DNA from: an uncultured bacterium
GTDB lineage: Bacteria; Actinomycetota; Acidimicrobiia; Spongiisociales; UBA5794
NCBI GenBank assembly: GCA_963801165.1
Contig: CAWDDT010000004.1
Span: 352,001 to 416,000 of the forward strand
DNA length: 64,000 nucleotides
Direction of reading: 5' to 3'
Shown here in pieces: positions 51,116 through 62,317 of the stretch. How positions within the stretch are numbered: the first letter of the stretch is position 1; every line of letters starts with the position of its first letter. Under the pieces are notes generated by a model. It saw only the letters and a program-made list of their open reading frames with translations. It did no database searches and was not told the DNA's origin. The position numbers were made by a program, and so were the translations under genes.

Positions 51116-52003
51116 GTGACGAACCAGAAGACGACTGCCAGCCAGTCGAAGAAGACGGCATCAAAGAAATCCTCTAGCGGGTCGTCGACAAGAGCGACTG
51201 CAAACAAGACGACGGCGGCCGCAAAGAAGACGACGACGGCGAAGGCATCGACGAAGCGGCCGACTGCCACAAAGGCCGCGGCCAAGAAGACGGCGGCAGC
51301 CAAGAAGCCGGCGGCAGCCAAGAAGACGGCGGCAGCCAAGAAGACGGCGGCAGCCAAGAAGACGGCGGCCGCAAAGAAGACCACGTCGACGGCGAAGGAA
51401 GCCCCGGCTAAGAAGAAGGCTCCTACCAAGAAGGCGGCGGCTGCTGGCAAGACGCCGGTCGCCAAGGCGTCGACGGCGAAGAAGGCTCCTCCTGTGGAGA
51501 GCCCGTTTACGGTCGGCGATTATGTGGTGTACCCCCACCACGGTGCCGCCACCATCATCAAGCGGGAGAAGATCGAATTCGACGGGGAGAAACACGAGTA
51601 CTTCGTACTCGAGATCGCCACCGACCAGCTCACGGTGCGCGTCCCGGTCGGCAAGGCCGTTGATCTCGGGGTGCGACCTGTGATCTCTCAGAACAAGGCA
51701 CGGCAGGTGTTCCGTACCTTCAAGGATGAGCCACAGGAAGCGGGTAAGAACTGGAGCCGGTGGTACAAGCTGCTCACGGAGAAGATCAACTCAGGCGACA
51801 TATTCCAGGTCGCCGAGGTTGTCCGTGACCTGACCTATGCCCAGCAGGTCAAGGGGATCTCGCCGGCGCTGAAGCGGATGCTGGCCAAGGCCCGCTTGAT
51901 CATCATCTCCGAGCTACGGTTCGCCCTCGACCTCGATGAAGACGAGGCGGTCAAGAGGCTCGATCGTGCCTTGCCCAAGGTGGAGGTTCCGGAGGAAGAG
52001 TGA
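51116..52003 (+). CDS. carD: CarD family transcription factor with N-terminal Ala/Lys/Thr-rich extension
   Basis: F.VGDYVVYPHHGAA, VRVP, NWSRWYK, VAEVVRDL; located upstream of ispD. Confidence 0.9.
   Translation: MTNQKTTASQSKKTASKKSSSGSSTRATANKTTAAAKKTTTAKASTKRPTATKAAAKKTAAAKKPAAAKKTAAAKKTAAAKKTAAAKKTTSTAKEAPAKKKAPTKKAAAAGKTPVAKASTAKKAPPVESPFTVGDYVVYPHHGAATIIKREKIEFDGEKHEYFVLEIATDQLTVRVPVGKAVDLGVRPVISQNKARQVFRTFKDEPQEAGKNWSRWYKLLTEKINSGDIFQVAEVVRDLTYAQQVKGISPALKRMLAKARLIIISELRFALDLDEDEAVKRLDRALPKVEVPEEE
51281..51380 (+). repeat. 18-bp coding tandem repeat (AKKTAA)x5-6
   Basis: gccaagaagacggcggca units. Confidence 0.9.
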
Positions 52004-52647
52004 GTGTTTTCCCGGACAGCGCGTCAATATGGGGCATAGTCGTTGCCGGCGGCATTGGGTCGCGTTTCGGCGGCCCAAAGCACTCGATGGAGTTGCAGGG
52101 TAAGCCGCTATGGGCCTGGGGACGGGACATGCTGGTTGATGCCGGTGTCAGCCAGGTGGTCGTCGTCGGCCCCGTACCCGGGGGGATCCCGGGCGGTAAC
52201 CGGCGCCGTGACTCGGTGGCCGCCGGGCTCGCCGAGGTACCTGAAGACGTCGACTACGTCATCATCCACGATGCCGCCCGTCCCCTGGCGACGCCTTCGA
52301 TGGTCGCCAAGATCATCGAGACACTGTTGACCAGGGATGTCGACGGGGTGGTGCCTGCGGTCCCGGTTCGCGACACGCTCAAAGAGGTCGACGACAAGGA
52401 CATCGTCTCGGGAACGTTGCCCCGAGACCATGTGGTTGCGGTGCAGACCCCGCAGGGCTTTGTGACGTCGCGGCTGCGTGAGGCCCACAGGGCGTTGGAG
52501 GGGAGCTTCACGGATGATGCCGGCATGGTCGAGAAGAACGGCGGGCGGGTGATCGTCGTGCCCGGCGATCCGCGCAACCTCAAGGTGACCTATGCCGAGG
52601 ACCTGGCGGTGGTGCGCGCCCTCGTTGCCGCCGAGGAGCACGTGTGA
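52000..52647 (+). CDS. ispD: 2-C-methyl-D-erythritol 4-phosphate cytidylyltransferase
   Basis: AGG.GSRFG..K, HDAARP, VQTPQGF, TDDA, NLKVTY. Confidence 0.93.
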   Translation: MSVFPDSASIWGIVVAGGIGSRFGGPKHSMELQGKPLWAWGRDMLVDAGVSQVVVVGPVPGGIPGGNRRRDSVAAGLAEVPEDVDYVIIHDAARPLATPSMVAKIIETLLTRDVDGVVPAVPVRDTLKEVDDKDIVSGTLPRDHVVAVQTPQGFVTSRLREAHRALEGSFTDDAGMVEKNGGRVIVVPGDPRNLKVTYAEDLAVVRALVAAEEHV

Positions 52648-53114
52648 GGGTCGGCTGGGGATTCGACGCTCATCGGATCGGCGGTGACGGGCCGATGCTC
52701 ATCGGGGGAGTCGTGGTGGACGAGAAACGGGGTCTCATCGGCACCTCGGACGCCGACGTCGCGTTGCATGCCATCACGGATGCCGCACTAGGAGCAGCCG
52801 CACTCGGCGACATGGGAACGCTGTTCCCATCAGACGACCCGAGGTGGCACGGAGCAGATTCGGCGGGCCTGCTCGGCGAGGTGATCAGAAAGATCGATGA
52901 CCGCGGGATCGCGATATACCACGTCGATTTGACGATCATTGCCGAGACGGTGCGGATATCGCCCTTCCGGATGGCGATCAGGCAGCGGATCGCCGAGATC
53001 ACGCGGGCCCCGCTCGGGTCGGTGTCCGTGAAGGCGACCACGACAGACGGTATGGGTTTCATCGGCCGCGACGAGGGGGTCGCAGCCATGGCGGTGGTGA
53101 CGCTAGACCGCTGA
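52644..53114 (+). CDS. ispF: 2-C-methyl-D-erythritol 2,4-cyclodiphosphate synthase
   Basis: RVG.GFDAH, SDADV.LHA, GD.G.LFP, VKATTT. Confidence 0.93.
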   Translation: MRVGWGFDAHRIGGDGPMLIGGVVVDEKRGLIGTSDADVALHAITDAALGAAALGDMGTLFPSDDPRWHGADSAGLLGEVIRKIDDRGIAIYHVDLTIIAETVRISPFRMAIRQRIAEITRAPLGSVSVKATTTDGMGFIGRDEGVAAMAVVTLDR

Positions 53115-53810
53115 CACGACCCGGAGCGTCGTCTGCGGATCGTTGCTGATGATGGCGTCGACGCCGGCCTCGGCGACGGTGCGGATGGACACGGGATCAT
53201 CGACGGTCCATACCGCGAGGCGAAGCCCGTGGTTGTGGACGGCCGTGACAATTCCGACCGGGTCGGCCAGGACGTCTGCGATGTTTGGCGCTACCCATTG
53301 GTGACCTGCCGCCACGATCGAATCGAGGTCACGCGCGGGCCGGAACCCGGCGGCGACCAGCTGGCCGGTGGTGACGGTGGGATCGGCCCGGCGCACGGCA
53401 GCCGCCGTTTCCGGGTGAAACGACGTCACGACTACCCGCTCATGCAGATCGTGGGTGTTGATCCAGCGGGCGATGGCGTCGGCCATCTCGTCTCCCGGGT
53501 CGAAATCCGGCTCACCCGGGGAGTTCTTGATTTCGACGTTGATGATGAGGTCGGCGAGCACGGCAAGCGCTTCGTCGAGCGTCGGTACCTCGGGGTGGCT
53601 GTGGCGGATGGCCGCGAAGTCGTGGTGGATCAGCGGCCCCATCTCGCCGATGTCGGGGTCGTGGTTGAGCACGATCACACCGTCGGAGGTGAAGCGGACA
53701 TCGAGCTCGACCCCGTCGGCACCCTGGGCAACGGCGAGCTCGAAAGCCTCGATCGTGTTGTCCGCGGCGTGGGCGGAGGCGCCCCGGTGGCCGAGTACGA
53801 GCGGTTGCAT
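53103..53810 (-). CDS. Glycerophosphodiester phosphodiesterase family protein
   Basis: GHRGAS, NT..AF, ELDV, NVEIK, VWTVD. Confidence 0.92.
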   Translation of the reverse strand: MQPLVLGHRGASAHAADNTIEAFELAVAQGADGVELDVRFTSDGVIVLNHDPDIGEMGPLIHHDFAAIRHSHPEVPTLDEALAVLADLIINVEIKNSPGEPDFDPGDEMADAIARWINTHDLHERVVVTSFHPETAAAVRRADPTVTTGQLVAAGFRPARDLDSIVAAGHQWVAPNIADVLADPVGIVTAVHNHGLRLAVWTVDDPVSIRTVAEAGVDAIISNDPQTTLRVVSAV

Positions 53811-53864
53811 GACGGTTTCCTTTCGTTCGATGCAACGCTACCCCAGGCTGATACCATCCCGGCC

Positions 53865-55268
53865 ATGCGCATCTTCAACACTCTCGGACGAGCTCTCCAG
53901 GACTTCGAGCCGCGCGACGCGGGCAAGGTCGGGATGTACGTCTGTGGAGCGACCGTGCAGTCGAAACCGCATGTCGGCCACGGCCGCTATGCCGTGGTGT
54001 TCGACGTGGTGCGCCGCTACTTCGAGTGGCTCGGCTACGAGGTCACCTACGTGCGCAATATCACCGATGTCGACGACAAGATCATCGCCGCCGCCAACGA
54101 GATGGGCGTGACGATCGAGGACGTCGTCGCCATGGCCGACGGCGCCTTCCAGACAGCCTACGAGGCGCTGCGGGTGCGGCCGCCCGACATCGAGCCGCGG
54201 GCCACCGATCACATCCCGGAGATGATCGAGATGATCGAGGCCCTCATCGAGCGCGATCATGCCTATGCGGCGGGGGGTGACGTGTACTTCTCGGTGCGCA
54301 GCTTCCCCGAGTACGGCAAGTTGTCGGGGCGCAACATCGACGAGCTGCGCAGCGGCGAGCGGATCGAGCCGGGAGAGTACAAGCGCGACCCGCTCGACTT
54401 CGCCCTCTGGAAGGGCGCCAAGCCGGGAGAACCGAAATGGGACTCGCCCTGGGGGCCGGGCCGGCCGGGATGGCACATCGAGTGCTCGGCGATGTCACAC
54501 AAATATTTGGGAACCGGGTTCGACATCCATGGGGGCGGGCACGACCTCATATTCCCCCACCACGAGAACGAGATAACCCAGGCGGAGAGCGCCGGGCACG
54601 TCCCGTTCGCCCGTTTCTGGATGCACAACGGGCTGCTCAACCTGAGCGGCGAGAAGATGTCCAAGTCGACCGGCCACGTCATCGACCTCGTCGAGGGCAT
54701 CGAGACGTATTCGCCAGGGGCGGTGCGGCTGTTCTACCTGCGCACCCATTACCGCAAACCGCTCGAGTTCAGCGAGGAAGCCCTGACCGACGCCAGGGCG
54801 TCGCTCGACCGCATCTGGGCATTCCGGCGCCGGGTGCCGGGCCCGGTCGAGAACGCCCCTCTCGAGGCCGCGATGGCGTCGTTCCGGGAGGCGATGGACA
54901 ACGACCTCGACAACGCTGGAGCGCTCGCCGTGCTGTTCGACGTGATCCGCGACGGTAATCGCAGGCTCGACGGCGGTGAGGATGCCGGACCGTGGGTCGC
55001 CGCGTACGACGAGATCACCGGCGTGCTCGGCCTCGACGAGCCCGAGGCGGCCATCGATGATCTCGACGAGGATCTGCGGGCGCTGGCTACCGGTCTCGGG
55101 GTTGAAGCGGCATCAGCGGAGGCGGCGGTCGACGCATTGATCGAGCTGCGCGCGGAGGCGCGCGAGGACAGAGACTGGGCGACGGCGGATCAGATCAGGG
55201 ACGGGCTGAAGGCGGCGGGCATCATCCTGGAGGACACGGCAGATGGCATCCGCTGGCATCGGGGATAG
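53865..55268 (+). CDS. cysS: Cysteine--tRNA ligase
   Basis: YVCG.TV, HVGH, WHIECS, FPHHENE, KMSKS. Confidence 0.97.
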   Translation: MRIFNTLGRALQDFEPRDAGKVGMYVCGATVQSKPHVGHGRYAVVFDVVRRYFEWLGYEVTYVRNITDVDDKIIAAANEMGVTIEDVVAMADGAFQTAYEALRVRPPDIEPRATDHIPEMIEMIEALIERDHAYAAGGDVYFSVRSFPEYGKLSGRNIDELRSGERIEPGEYKRDPLDFALWKGAKPGEPKWDSPWGPGRPGWHIECSAMSHKYLGTGFDIHGGGHDLIFPHHENEITQAESAGHVPFARFWMHNGLLNLSGEKMSKSTGHVIDLVEGIETYSPGAVRLFYLRTHYRKPLEFSEEALTDARASLDRIWAFRRRVPGPVENAPLEAAMASFREAMDNDLDNAGALAVLFDVIRDGNRRLDGGEDAGPWVAAYDEITGVLGLDEPEAAIDDLDEDLRALATGLGVEAASAEAAVDALIELRAEAREDRDWATADQIRDGLKAAGIILEDTADGIRWHRG

Positions 55269-55998
55269 CCTCGAGGGCTTTCATGCAGTACGGGCTGCCC
55301 TCGACGCCGGTCGGGTGACCAGCATCCGGGTGGAGGGCCACCGGGTACGCCGGCCCGAGTACGCCGACCTGCTCGCCGATGCAGTGGCCGCTGGTGTTCC
55401 CATCAAGAGGGTCGACGAATTGGGCGACATGGCGGTGACCACCGCCCCTCAGGGGATCATGGCCCGGGCCCGTCCGATTTCCTTCGTGTCGATCGATCAG
55501 GTGGCCCGGGCATCACGGCCGCCGGCGGTGCTGGTGCTCGACCATCTCGAGGACCCGAGGAACATCGGTGCGATTGCCCGCAGCATGGTGGCGGCCGGCT
55601 GGCGGGGTCTCGTTCTCCCCGAGCGCCGCTCGGCGTCTCTCGGTCCAACGGCGTTCAAGGCGGCGGTGGGCGCATTCGAGCATCTGAAGATCTGTGAGGT
55701 GAAGTCGACCGCCGACGGTCTGCGGAGGCTGCGGGCGATGGGGATCTGGCTGGTGGGTCTCGACGGGGAGGGGGAGCAGTCGCTGTTCCGGCTCGACCTG
55801 CTTCGCGAGCCGGTGGCTCTCGTTGTGGGCGCTGAGGGCAAGGGGATGACCCGTCTCGCCAAGGACCTCGTCGATCTGACCGTCTACATCCCGATCAGCC
55901 CGGACATCGAAAGCCTGAACGCATCTGTCGCCGCCTCGCTAGCGTTGTACGAAGTCAGCCGTATGCGGGGCACTAAACTCGGCGGCCCGCTGGCGTAG
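55243..55998 (+). CDS. rlmB: TrmH/SpoU family rRNA methyltransferase (RlmB-like)
   Basis: DPRNIGAIARS, GAEGKG, ESLNASVA; follows cysS. Confidence 0.85.
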   Translation: MASAGIGDSLEGFHAVRAALDAGRVTSIRVEGHRVRRPEYADLLADAVAAGVPIKRVDELGDMAVTTAPQGIMARARPISFVSIDQVARASRPPAVLVLDHLEDPRNIGAIARSMVAAGWRGLVLPERRSASLGPTAFKAAVGAFEHLKICEVKSTADGLRRLRAMGIWLVGLDGEGEQSLFRLDLLREPVALVVGAEGKGMTRLAKDLVDLTVYIPISPDIESLNASVAASLALYEVSRMRGTKLGGPLA

Positions 55999-56065
55999 CT
56001 CAGCTCGGCAGAGCAGCTGATTTGTAATCAGCAGGTCATGGGTTCGAATCCCTTCGCCAGCTCCA
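55989..56065 (+). tRNA. tRNA-Thr(TGT)
   Basis: Acceptor stem GCTGGCG/CGCCAGC, anticodon arm gctga-ttTGTaa-tcagc, GGTTCGAATCC T-arm, encoded CCA. Confidence 0.95.
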
Positions 56066-56067
56066 GT

Positions 56068-56100
56068 GAAATCCCCCGTGTTTGCGGGGGGTTTCTGTTT
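56068..56100. terminator. Stem-loop after the tRNA, at the convergent integrase end
   Basis: gaaatcccccg...cggggggtttc followed by tgttt. Confidence 0.6.
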
Positions 56101-57238
56101 ATGGGCCTTCGAGGCCGATGCCGTCTGATCTGGGTTTGGTCCGCATTTGGTCCGTCACGGCTTGGGCGTGTGCCCGGTCGAGTGCGGCGGCGAGGGCGTC
56201 GGTTTCTGATGGGAAGGGGTGTCCGTAGCGGTCCATGGTGACGGTGATCGATGAGTGGCCGAGGTGGAGTTGTGCCGCCTTGGGGTGGGCTCCTTGGGAG
56301 ATCAGCAGTGCGGCGCAGGTGTGTCGCATGTCGTGGATCCGGAGTTCTCTGGGTAGTTCGGCTCGTTGCACGGCGGGGGCCCAGATCCGGTGTCGGAAGT
56401 TGGAGTTGCGGAGGGGGAGACCTTCGGCGGAGGTGAACACGAGAGCGTCGGGCTGGTCGGGGACGTGTTCGGCGAGGTGCTGGGTGAGGAGGTCACTGAG
56501 GAAGTGGGGGATGGTGACCATGCGGCGGCGGTGGGTTTTGGTGGTGCCGAAATAGAGGGTGCCGCGCACTTCGGCGAGTGATTCGGCGACTTCGATCTGG
56601 GATTTCTCGAGTTGGCATCGTCGGCGGCGGAGCGCGGCGGCTTCGCCCCAGCGCAGACCGCTGTAGGCGAGTAGGTAGACGAGGGTTCCATAGGGCTGCT
56701 CGATGGTGGCGGCGAGGCGTTCTACCTGGTCGGCGGAGAGGAAGAGCATCTCTCGATGTGGTTGTCGGGGGGCTTTGACACCGGTGACGGGGTTGGCGGT
56801 GAGGTATCCGGCTTCTACGGCGAGTTTCATCATGCTGTCGAGCACTTGGCGAGCCTGACGGATCACCGATGGGCCCGCCCCGGAATCCTGGAGGTCGGCG
56901 ACCCATTCCTCAACGGCCATGCGGTCGAGGTGGCGGAGTTGCAGGTCCCCGAACTCGGGGAGGACGTGGACCCTGAGGTTGGACTCGTAGCCGGCGACGG
57001 TCTTCGGCTTCAGGTTGCTCTTGGTGCGCAGCCACCGCTGGGACCATTCGGCAACGCTGGTTTTCGACAGGCGCGGGTCGGTCCACTCGCCCCGCAGTAT
57101 GTCGGTTTCGACGGTGGCGGCAAACCGGTCGGCGTCGGCCTTCTTGTAGAAGCTCCTGGCGCGTTCCCTTCCCGTGGGGTCCCGGTACCGCACCTGCCAC
57201 GGGCGGCGCCGGCCCGGTCGATGCTGGATGTGCGCCAC
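56099..57238 (-). CDS. Tyrosine recombinase/phage-type integrase
   Basis: GLRWGE, HDMRH, LGH, TMDRYGH catalytic set; N-terminal WQVRYRDP.G arm-binding domain. Confidence 0.93.
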   Translation of the reverse strand: MAHIQHRPGRRRPWQVRYRDPTGRERARSFYKKADADRFAATVETDILRGEWTDPRLSKTSVAEWSQRWLRTKSNLKPKTVAGYESNLRVHVLPEFGDLQLRHLDRMAVEEWVADLQDSGAGPSVIRQARQVLDSMMKLAVEAGYLTANPVTGVKAPRQPHREMLFLSADQVERLAATIEQPYGTLVYLLAYSGLRWGEAAALRRRRCQLEKSQIEVAESLAEVRGTLYFGTTKTHRRRMVTIPHFLSDLLTQHLAEHVPDQPDALVFTSAEGLPLRNSNFRHRIWAPAVQRAELPRELRIHDMRHTCAALLISQGAHPKAAQLHLGHSSITVTMDRYGHPFPSETDALAAALDRAHAQAVTDQMRTKPRSDGIGLEGP

Positions 57239-57240
57239 GT

Positions 57241-57429
57241 TCAGGTGCCTTGTCGCAGTTGGCCAGCGATCCATTGTTCGACGTCCCGGCGCCGATAACG
57301 GATATACCGACCGACCCGAAATCCACGCGGTCCTTCGCTACGGCAGCGCCAGGCATACACCGTGGCCAGCGGCACACCGAGAAACCTGGCGAGATCCTGC
57401 GCCGACAAGAGGGGTTCGAGCTGATCCAT
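57241..57429 (-). CDS. Excisionase-like HTH protein
   Basis: LLS..DLA.FLGV...TVY.WR...GP...VGR.IRYRR.DV..W; directly upstream of integrase. Confidence 0.85.
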   Translation of the reverse strand: MDQLEPLLSAQDLARFLGVPLATVYAWRCRSEGPRGFRVGRYIRYRRRDVEQWIAGQLRQGT

Positions 57430-57831
57430 ACGCCAACTCTGCAGCGGGACCCTGTTACCAGAGTGTCAGCAGACCTGTCAGCAAACGGTCACGATCCGGA
57501 CAGGGTGAGGTTCCCCCGGTTTCCCGGACTGTTTTGGTTGATGGTCATGCCACAGCCGTGAGGGGGCTGTGACGGTTTTCGTATTCGATTGGGGGCAGGT
57601 TCCCGAGTGATGAGTGCCGGCGACGCCGGTTGTAGAAGGCTTCGATGTATTCGAAGATCGCTTGGGCGAGTTCTTTGCGGGTTGTCCATTGTCGCCGGTC
57701 GAGTAGTTCGAGTTGGAGGGTTCCGAAGAACGATTCGGCCATTGCGTTGTCTAGGGCGTCACCGACGGTGCCCATCGATCCCAACAGTCCGGCTTTGCGG
57801 AGCCGTTGCCCGAACGCCCACGAGGTGTATT

Positions 57832-59383
<1,552 letters not shown>

Positions 59384-59880
59384 TCAGCTATCGACCAGCC
59401 CACTACCCGCCGCGACCAGGCGTCGAGCGACCACGGCGAGATACACCTTGCCTTCTGTGGTGGGATGCTCGGTGATATCTGAAACCCACAGGCGATCAGG
59501 ACCGGTGACGGTGAAGCGGCGGTTGACCAGATCATCAGACGGGATCGCTTGTGGGTCACGGCGGGTGCAACCACGCCGGCGACGCCGATACACGCCCTCT
59601 ATGCCGGCTTGGCGCATCAACCGTTCCACCCGCTTGCGACCCACCCGGACATCGAGACCCAGCTGCAGCTCGGCCCACACCCTGGGACTCCCGTAGGTGC
59701 CGCGAGACTGTCGCCAAACCTCGATAATCGTCTCCGACAGGGCAGCGTCTTCGATCTGGCGGCGACAGGGATGTTTCTGGCGATACCGCCACTCATAGAA
59801 CCCGCTGGTCGACACCCCAAACGTCTTGGCCATAAACCTGATCGGGAACAAAGCCTTCTGCGCATCCATAAACCGAAAGA

Positions 59881-60168
59881 TCACTTCGGCCGGACATTCT
59901 CCGAGGCGAAGAAGGCTGCGGCTCGAGAGAGCAAATCACGCTCCATCTTGAGCACCCGATTCTCCTTCCTCAGACGCACCAGCTCCTCCCGCTCCTCACT
60001 CGTCAAACCCGGCTTGACGCCTTCATCGACATCGGCCTGGCTAATCCACCGCCACAGACTCGACTCCGAAACCCCCAAATCCGCAGCAAGCTCCGGCATC
60101 GGCTTGATCCGCTCCCGAGCCAACTCCACCGCCCTCCGCCGAAACTCCGGCGAGAACCGTCCACCCAT
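59881..60168 (-). CDS. IS3 transposase OrfA
   Basis: FSPEFRRRAVEL, HTH, EL..LRKENR.L.MERDLL..AAAFFA. Confidence 0.9.
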   Translation of the reverse strand: MGGRFSPEFRRRAVELARERIKPMPELAADLGVSESSLWRWISQADVDEGVKPGLTSEEREELVRLRKENRVLKMERDLLSRAAAFFASENVRPK

Positions 60169-60300
60169 AGCCTCTCCTCTCCGGCAGGACCCTCAGGCCC
60201 CACACACTACGTGTCCGGAGAAACGGGGGAAGCTCACTGTCTCAACACCACACGCATCTGCAACACAGTTGCTCATGTATACGCGTAGACACGGGAGGAC

Positions 60301-60825
60301 ATGATGGGGCTCGATCGTGGCGCCTTGGCAAACCTTGATCAGAGGCTGCTGGCAGAGCTCGACCGAGATGAGCGGTTCCAGATGGTCCGGGTGCCGGTGT
60401 CGCCTGCGAAGTGGTCGACGTGGAAGCGATTGTGCGCTGCCGCTGGGATCTCGATGGGTCGAGCGATCGTCGCGTTGATCGACCGGGAAATGGCAAGTGC
60501 GGCTGATGCCTCGGGCGACGATTCTCCGGTGTTGGCACAGCGGATACGTGAGCAACTGGCCAGCCGAGAGGCTGAGGTGACGAGTCGAGAACGCGAGATG
60601 GCTGTGGCTGAGAAGAGGCTCCGCAGCAGAAGAGAGCAGCTCCGCCGCTGGGAAGCCGAGCTTCAGACACTGGCACAGCGAGTCGAGTCGGCATCGAAGC
60701 TAGCCGGCCACCGTGACGCCACACCGAAGGTCGGCCGTAACGACCGCTGTTCCTGCGGATCCGGACTCAAGTACAAGCACTGTCACGGCTTGCCCGCTCA
60801 ACCACCCAACGTTGTTCCCAGATAA
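60301..60825 (+). CDS. Hypothetical protein: RHH-like N-terminus, coiled coil, SEC-C zinc-binding motif
   Basis: [21 protein letters not shown]; GGAGG RBS. Confidence 0.75.
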   Translation: MMGLDRGALANLDQRLLAELDRDERFQMVRVPVSPAKWSTWKRLCAAAGISMGRAIVALIDREMASAADASGDDSPVLAQRIREQLASREAEVTSREREMAVAEKRLRSRREQLRRWEAELQTLAQRVESASKLAGHRDATPKVGRNDRCSCGSGLKYKHCHGLPAQPPNVVPR

Positions 60826-60916
60826 CGGGATTACCGGCATAATGCCGGTTATCTCTCGCTGAAGGGCGCTCGATAACGCTCGCCGCTGTGGGTGATCTGG
60901 GTGGTTGTGTTGTCTC

Positions 60917-60930
60917 GATATCGCGATATC
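60917..60930. promoter_or_regulatory. Palindromic operator upstream of TA operon
   Basis: Perfect palindrome GATATCGCGATATC ending 8 nt before the antitoxin ATG. Confidence 0.6.
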
Positions 60931-60938
60931 ATGAGTGC

Positions 60939-61148
60939 ATGACTAAACAGACCACCGTGCGGCTCCCCGAAGACCTTGCTGACGATGCCGAGGCCGTCGC
61001 CCGCGTCAACGGCACCAGCGTCAATGCGCTGATCGTCGATGCACTCAAGGCTGAAATCGGGCGAGTCCGCCAAGACGAAGACTTCACCAGCCGCGCCAAG
61101 CGACTCCTCGACCGCGACAGGGAACTCTTGGAGCGCCTCGCCCAGTGA
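60939..61148 (+). CDS. Ribbon-helix-helix antitoxin
   Basis: QTTVRLPEDL...A..G.SVNALIVDAL; GTGA overlap with toxin. Confidence 0.85.
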   Translation: MTKQTTVRLPEDLADDAEAVARVNGTSVNALIVDALKAEIGRVRQDEDFTSRAKRLLDRDRELLERLAQ

Positions 61149-61552
61149 CTCGCTACATCAAGCTGGCCGAGTACTTCTGGCTGGCCCAACAAGCTACCGG
61201 TGTCGACGCTGACGCTCTCGCCAAAGCGTCCCGATCCGAGCTTGCCGACTCGGCGTTGCACGCCCCTCAAGCCGGGTTCGGTGATATCGAGTTCTACCCC
61301 GACCTCTATGACAAGGCAGCGGTGCTGGTTTGCCGGCTGGCTTGGAATCATCCGCTCCCTGACGGGAACAAGCGGGCTGCCTGGGCGGCGCTGGTGATGT
61401 TCATCGACCTCAACGACGGCACCTGGGAACCCGACCCACCCGACATCGACCAGACCGAAGCGGCCATGCTTGCCATCGCTGCCAGCGAAGTCGACGAGAC
61501 CTGGACCGCCTCCTGGCTCAAAGAGCGGGTCCGCTTTGGCGACCCAACCTGA
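61145..61552 (+). CDS. Doc/Fic family toxin
   Basis: SALHAP, YP....KAA, NHPLPDGNKRAAW. Confidence 0.9.
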   Translation: MTRYIKLAEYFWLAQQATGVDADALAKASRSELADSALHAPQAGFGDIEFYPDLYDKAAVLVCRLAWNHPLPDGNKRAAWAALVMFIDLNDGTWEPDPPDIDQTEAAMLAIAASEVDETWTASWLKERVRFGDPT

Positions 61553-61567
61553 CCAGATCGCTCGATA

Positions 61568-61645
61568 CCGAGCAGAAACGAGCATGTCGCAAAGAATCCC
61601 CGATCGGCACTTCGCCGCTCGGCACGGTGAACACTCACAGTCGTG
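61568..61645. repeat. ~78-bp imperfect palindromic repeat, copy A
   Basis: Gap-free similarity to 62318-62395. Confidence 0.65.
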
Positions 61646-62234
61646 GCGTCTCTCCGGTCCCTGACCCTGATAGAGCCGATCCGCCGAATTCGCCGGGCCC
61701 GGTGCCGATCCATGAACCGGTCGCAATCCGCAGCACGCCAATGGCGGCGACGATTCCCAACAGCCCGCCCAGCGTGTTCAGGGCGAAGTCTTGGATATCC
61801 GCGCTACGTCCCAGACCGAATACCCACTGGGTGCCCTCCACTACCAGCGAAACGGCGACGCAGAGACCTAACGCTTTCGCCGCGGGGCGGCGGGCTCCGG
61901 CCCAAGCGATCCGTGCCAGAAAGCCCAAGGGAACGAACAGCCCGACATTGGCTACGACATTTCGTGCATCGACGTGCGCAAAGAGATTGAGATTCGAGCC
62001 CGGGTGCGAATCGGAATCCCCGACCGGAGTCAGCGTCAGATACCAGACACCAACCAACGCCACCACGAGCCACGAAGCGGCCAACCGCGACATCGTCGTC
62101 CGAGCGTCCGCACCTCGACGCCTTGACACCACCAACACCCCAACGCCAGCGACAAACGCGATCACCACAAGCCAGAGAAGATCCTCCATACCGGCACTGA
62201 ACTCGTTGACCATTGCTCGATCATAGGAACGCAC
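61635..62234 (-). CDS. VanZ family membrane protein (start uncertain)
   Basis: LTLTP, NV.LFVPLG, S..VE..Q...GRSADI.D..LNTLG. Confidence 0.85.
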   Translation of the reverse strand: MRSYDRAMVNEFSAGMEDLLWLVVIAFVAGVGVLVVSRRRGADARTTMSRLAASWLVVALVGVWYLTLTPVGDSDSHPGSNLNLFAHVDARNVVANVGLFVPLGFLARIAWAGARRPAAKALGLCVAVSLVVEGTQWVFGLGRSADIQDFALNTLGGLLGIVAAIGVLRIATGSWIGTGPGEFGGSALSGSGTGETPRL

Positions 62235-62317
62235 AGTCGCCTATCAGATCTGGCCACATCACGCTTGATCACCGCCGTCGACGCTGGCGGGCCTCGACAG
62301 GCCGGGATCAGCAATAT

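Noticed and set aside
53229-53864. N-terminal extension of CysS (679-aa ORF)
   Set aside because: Antisense shadow of the phosphodiesterase gene; CysS homology starts at ATG 53865
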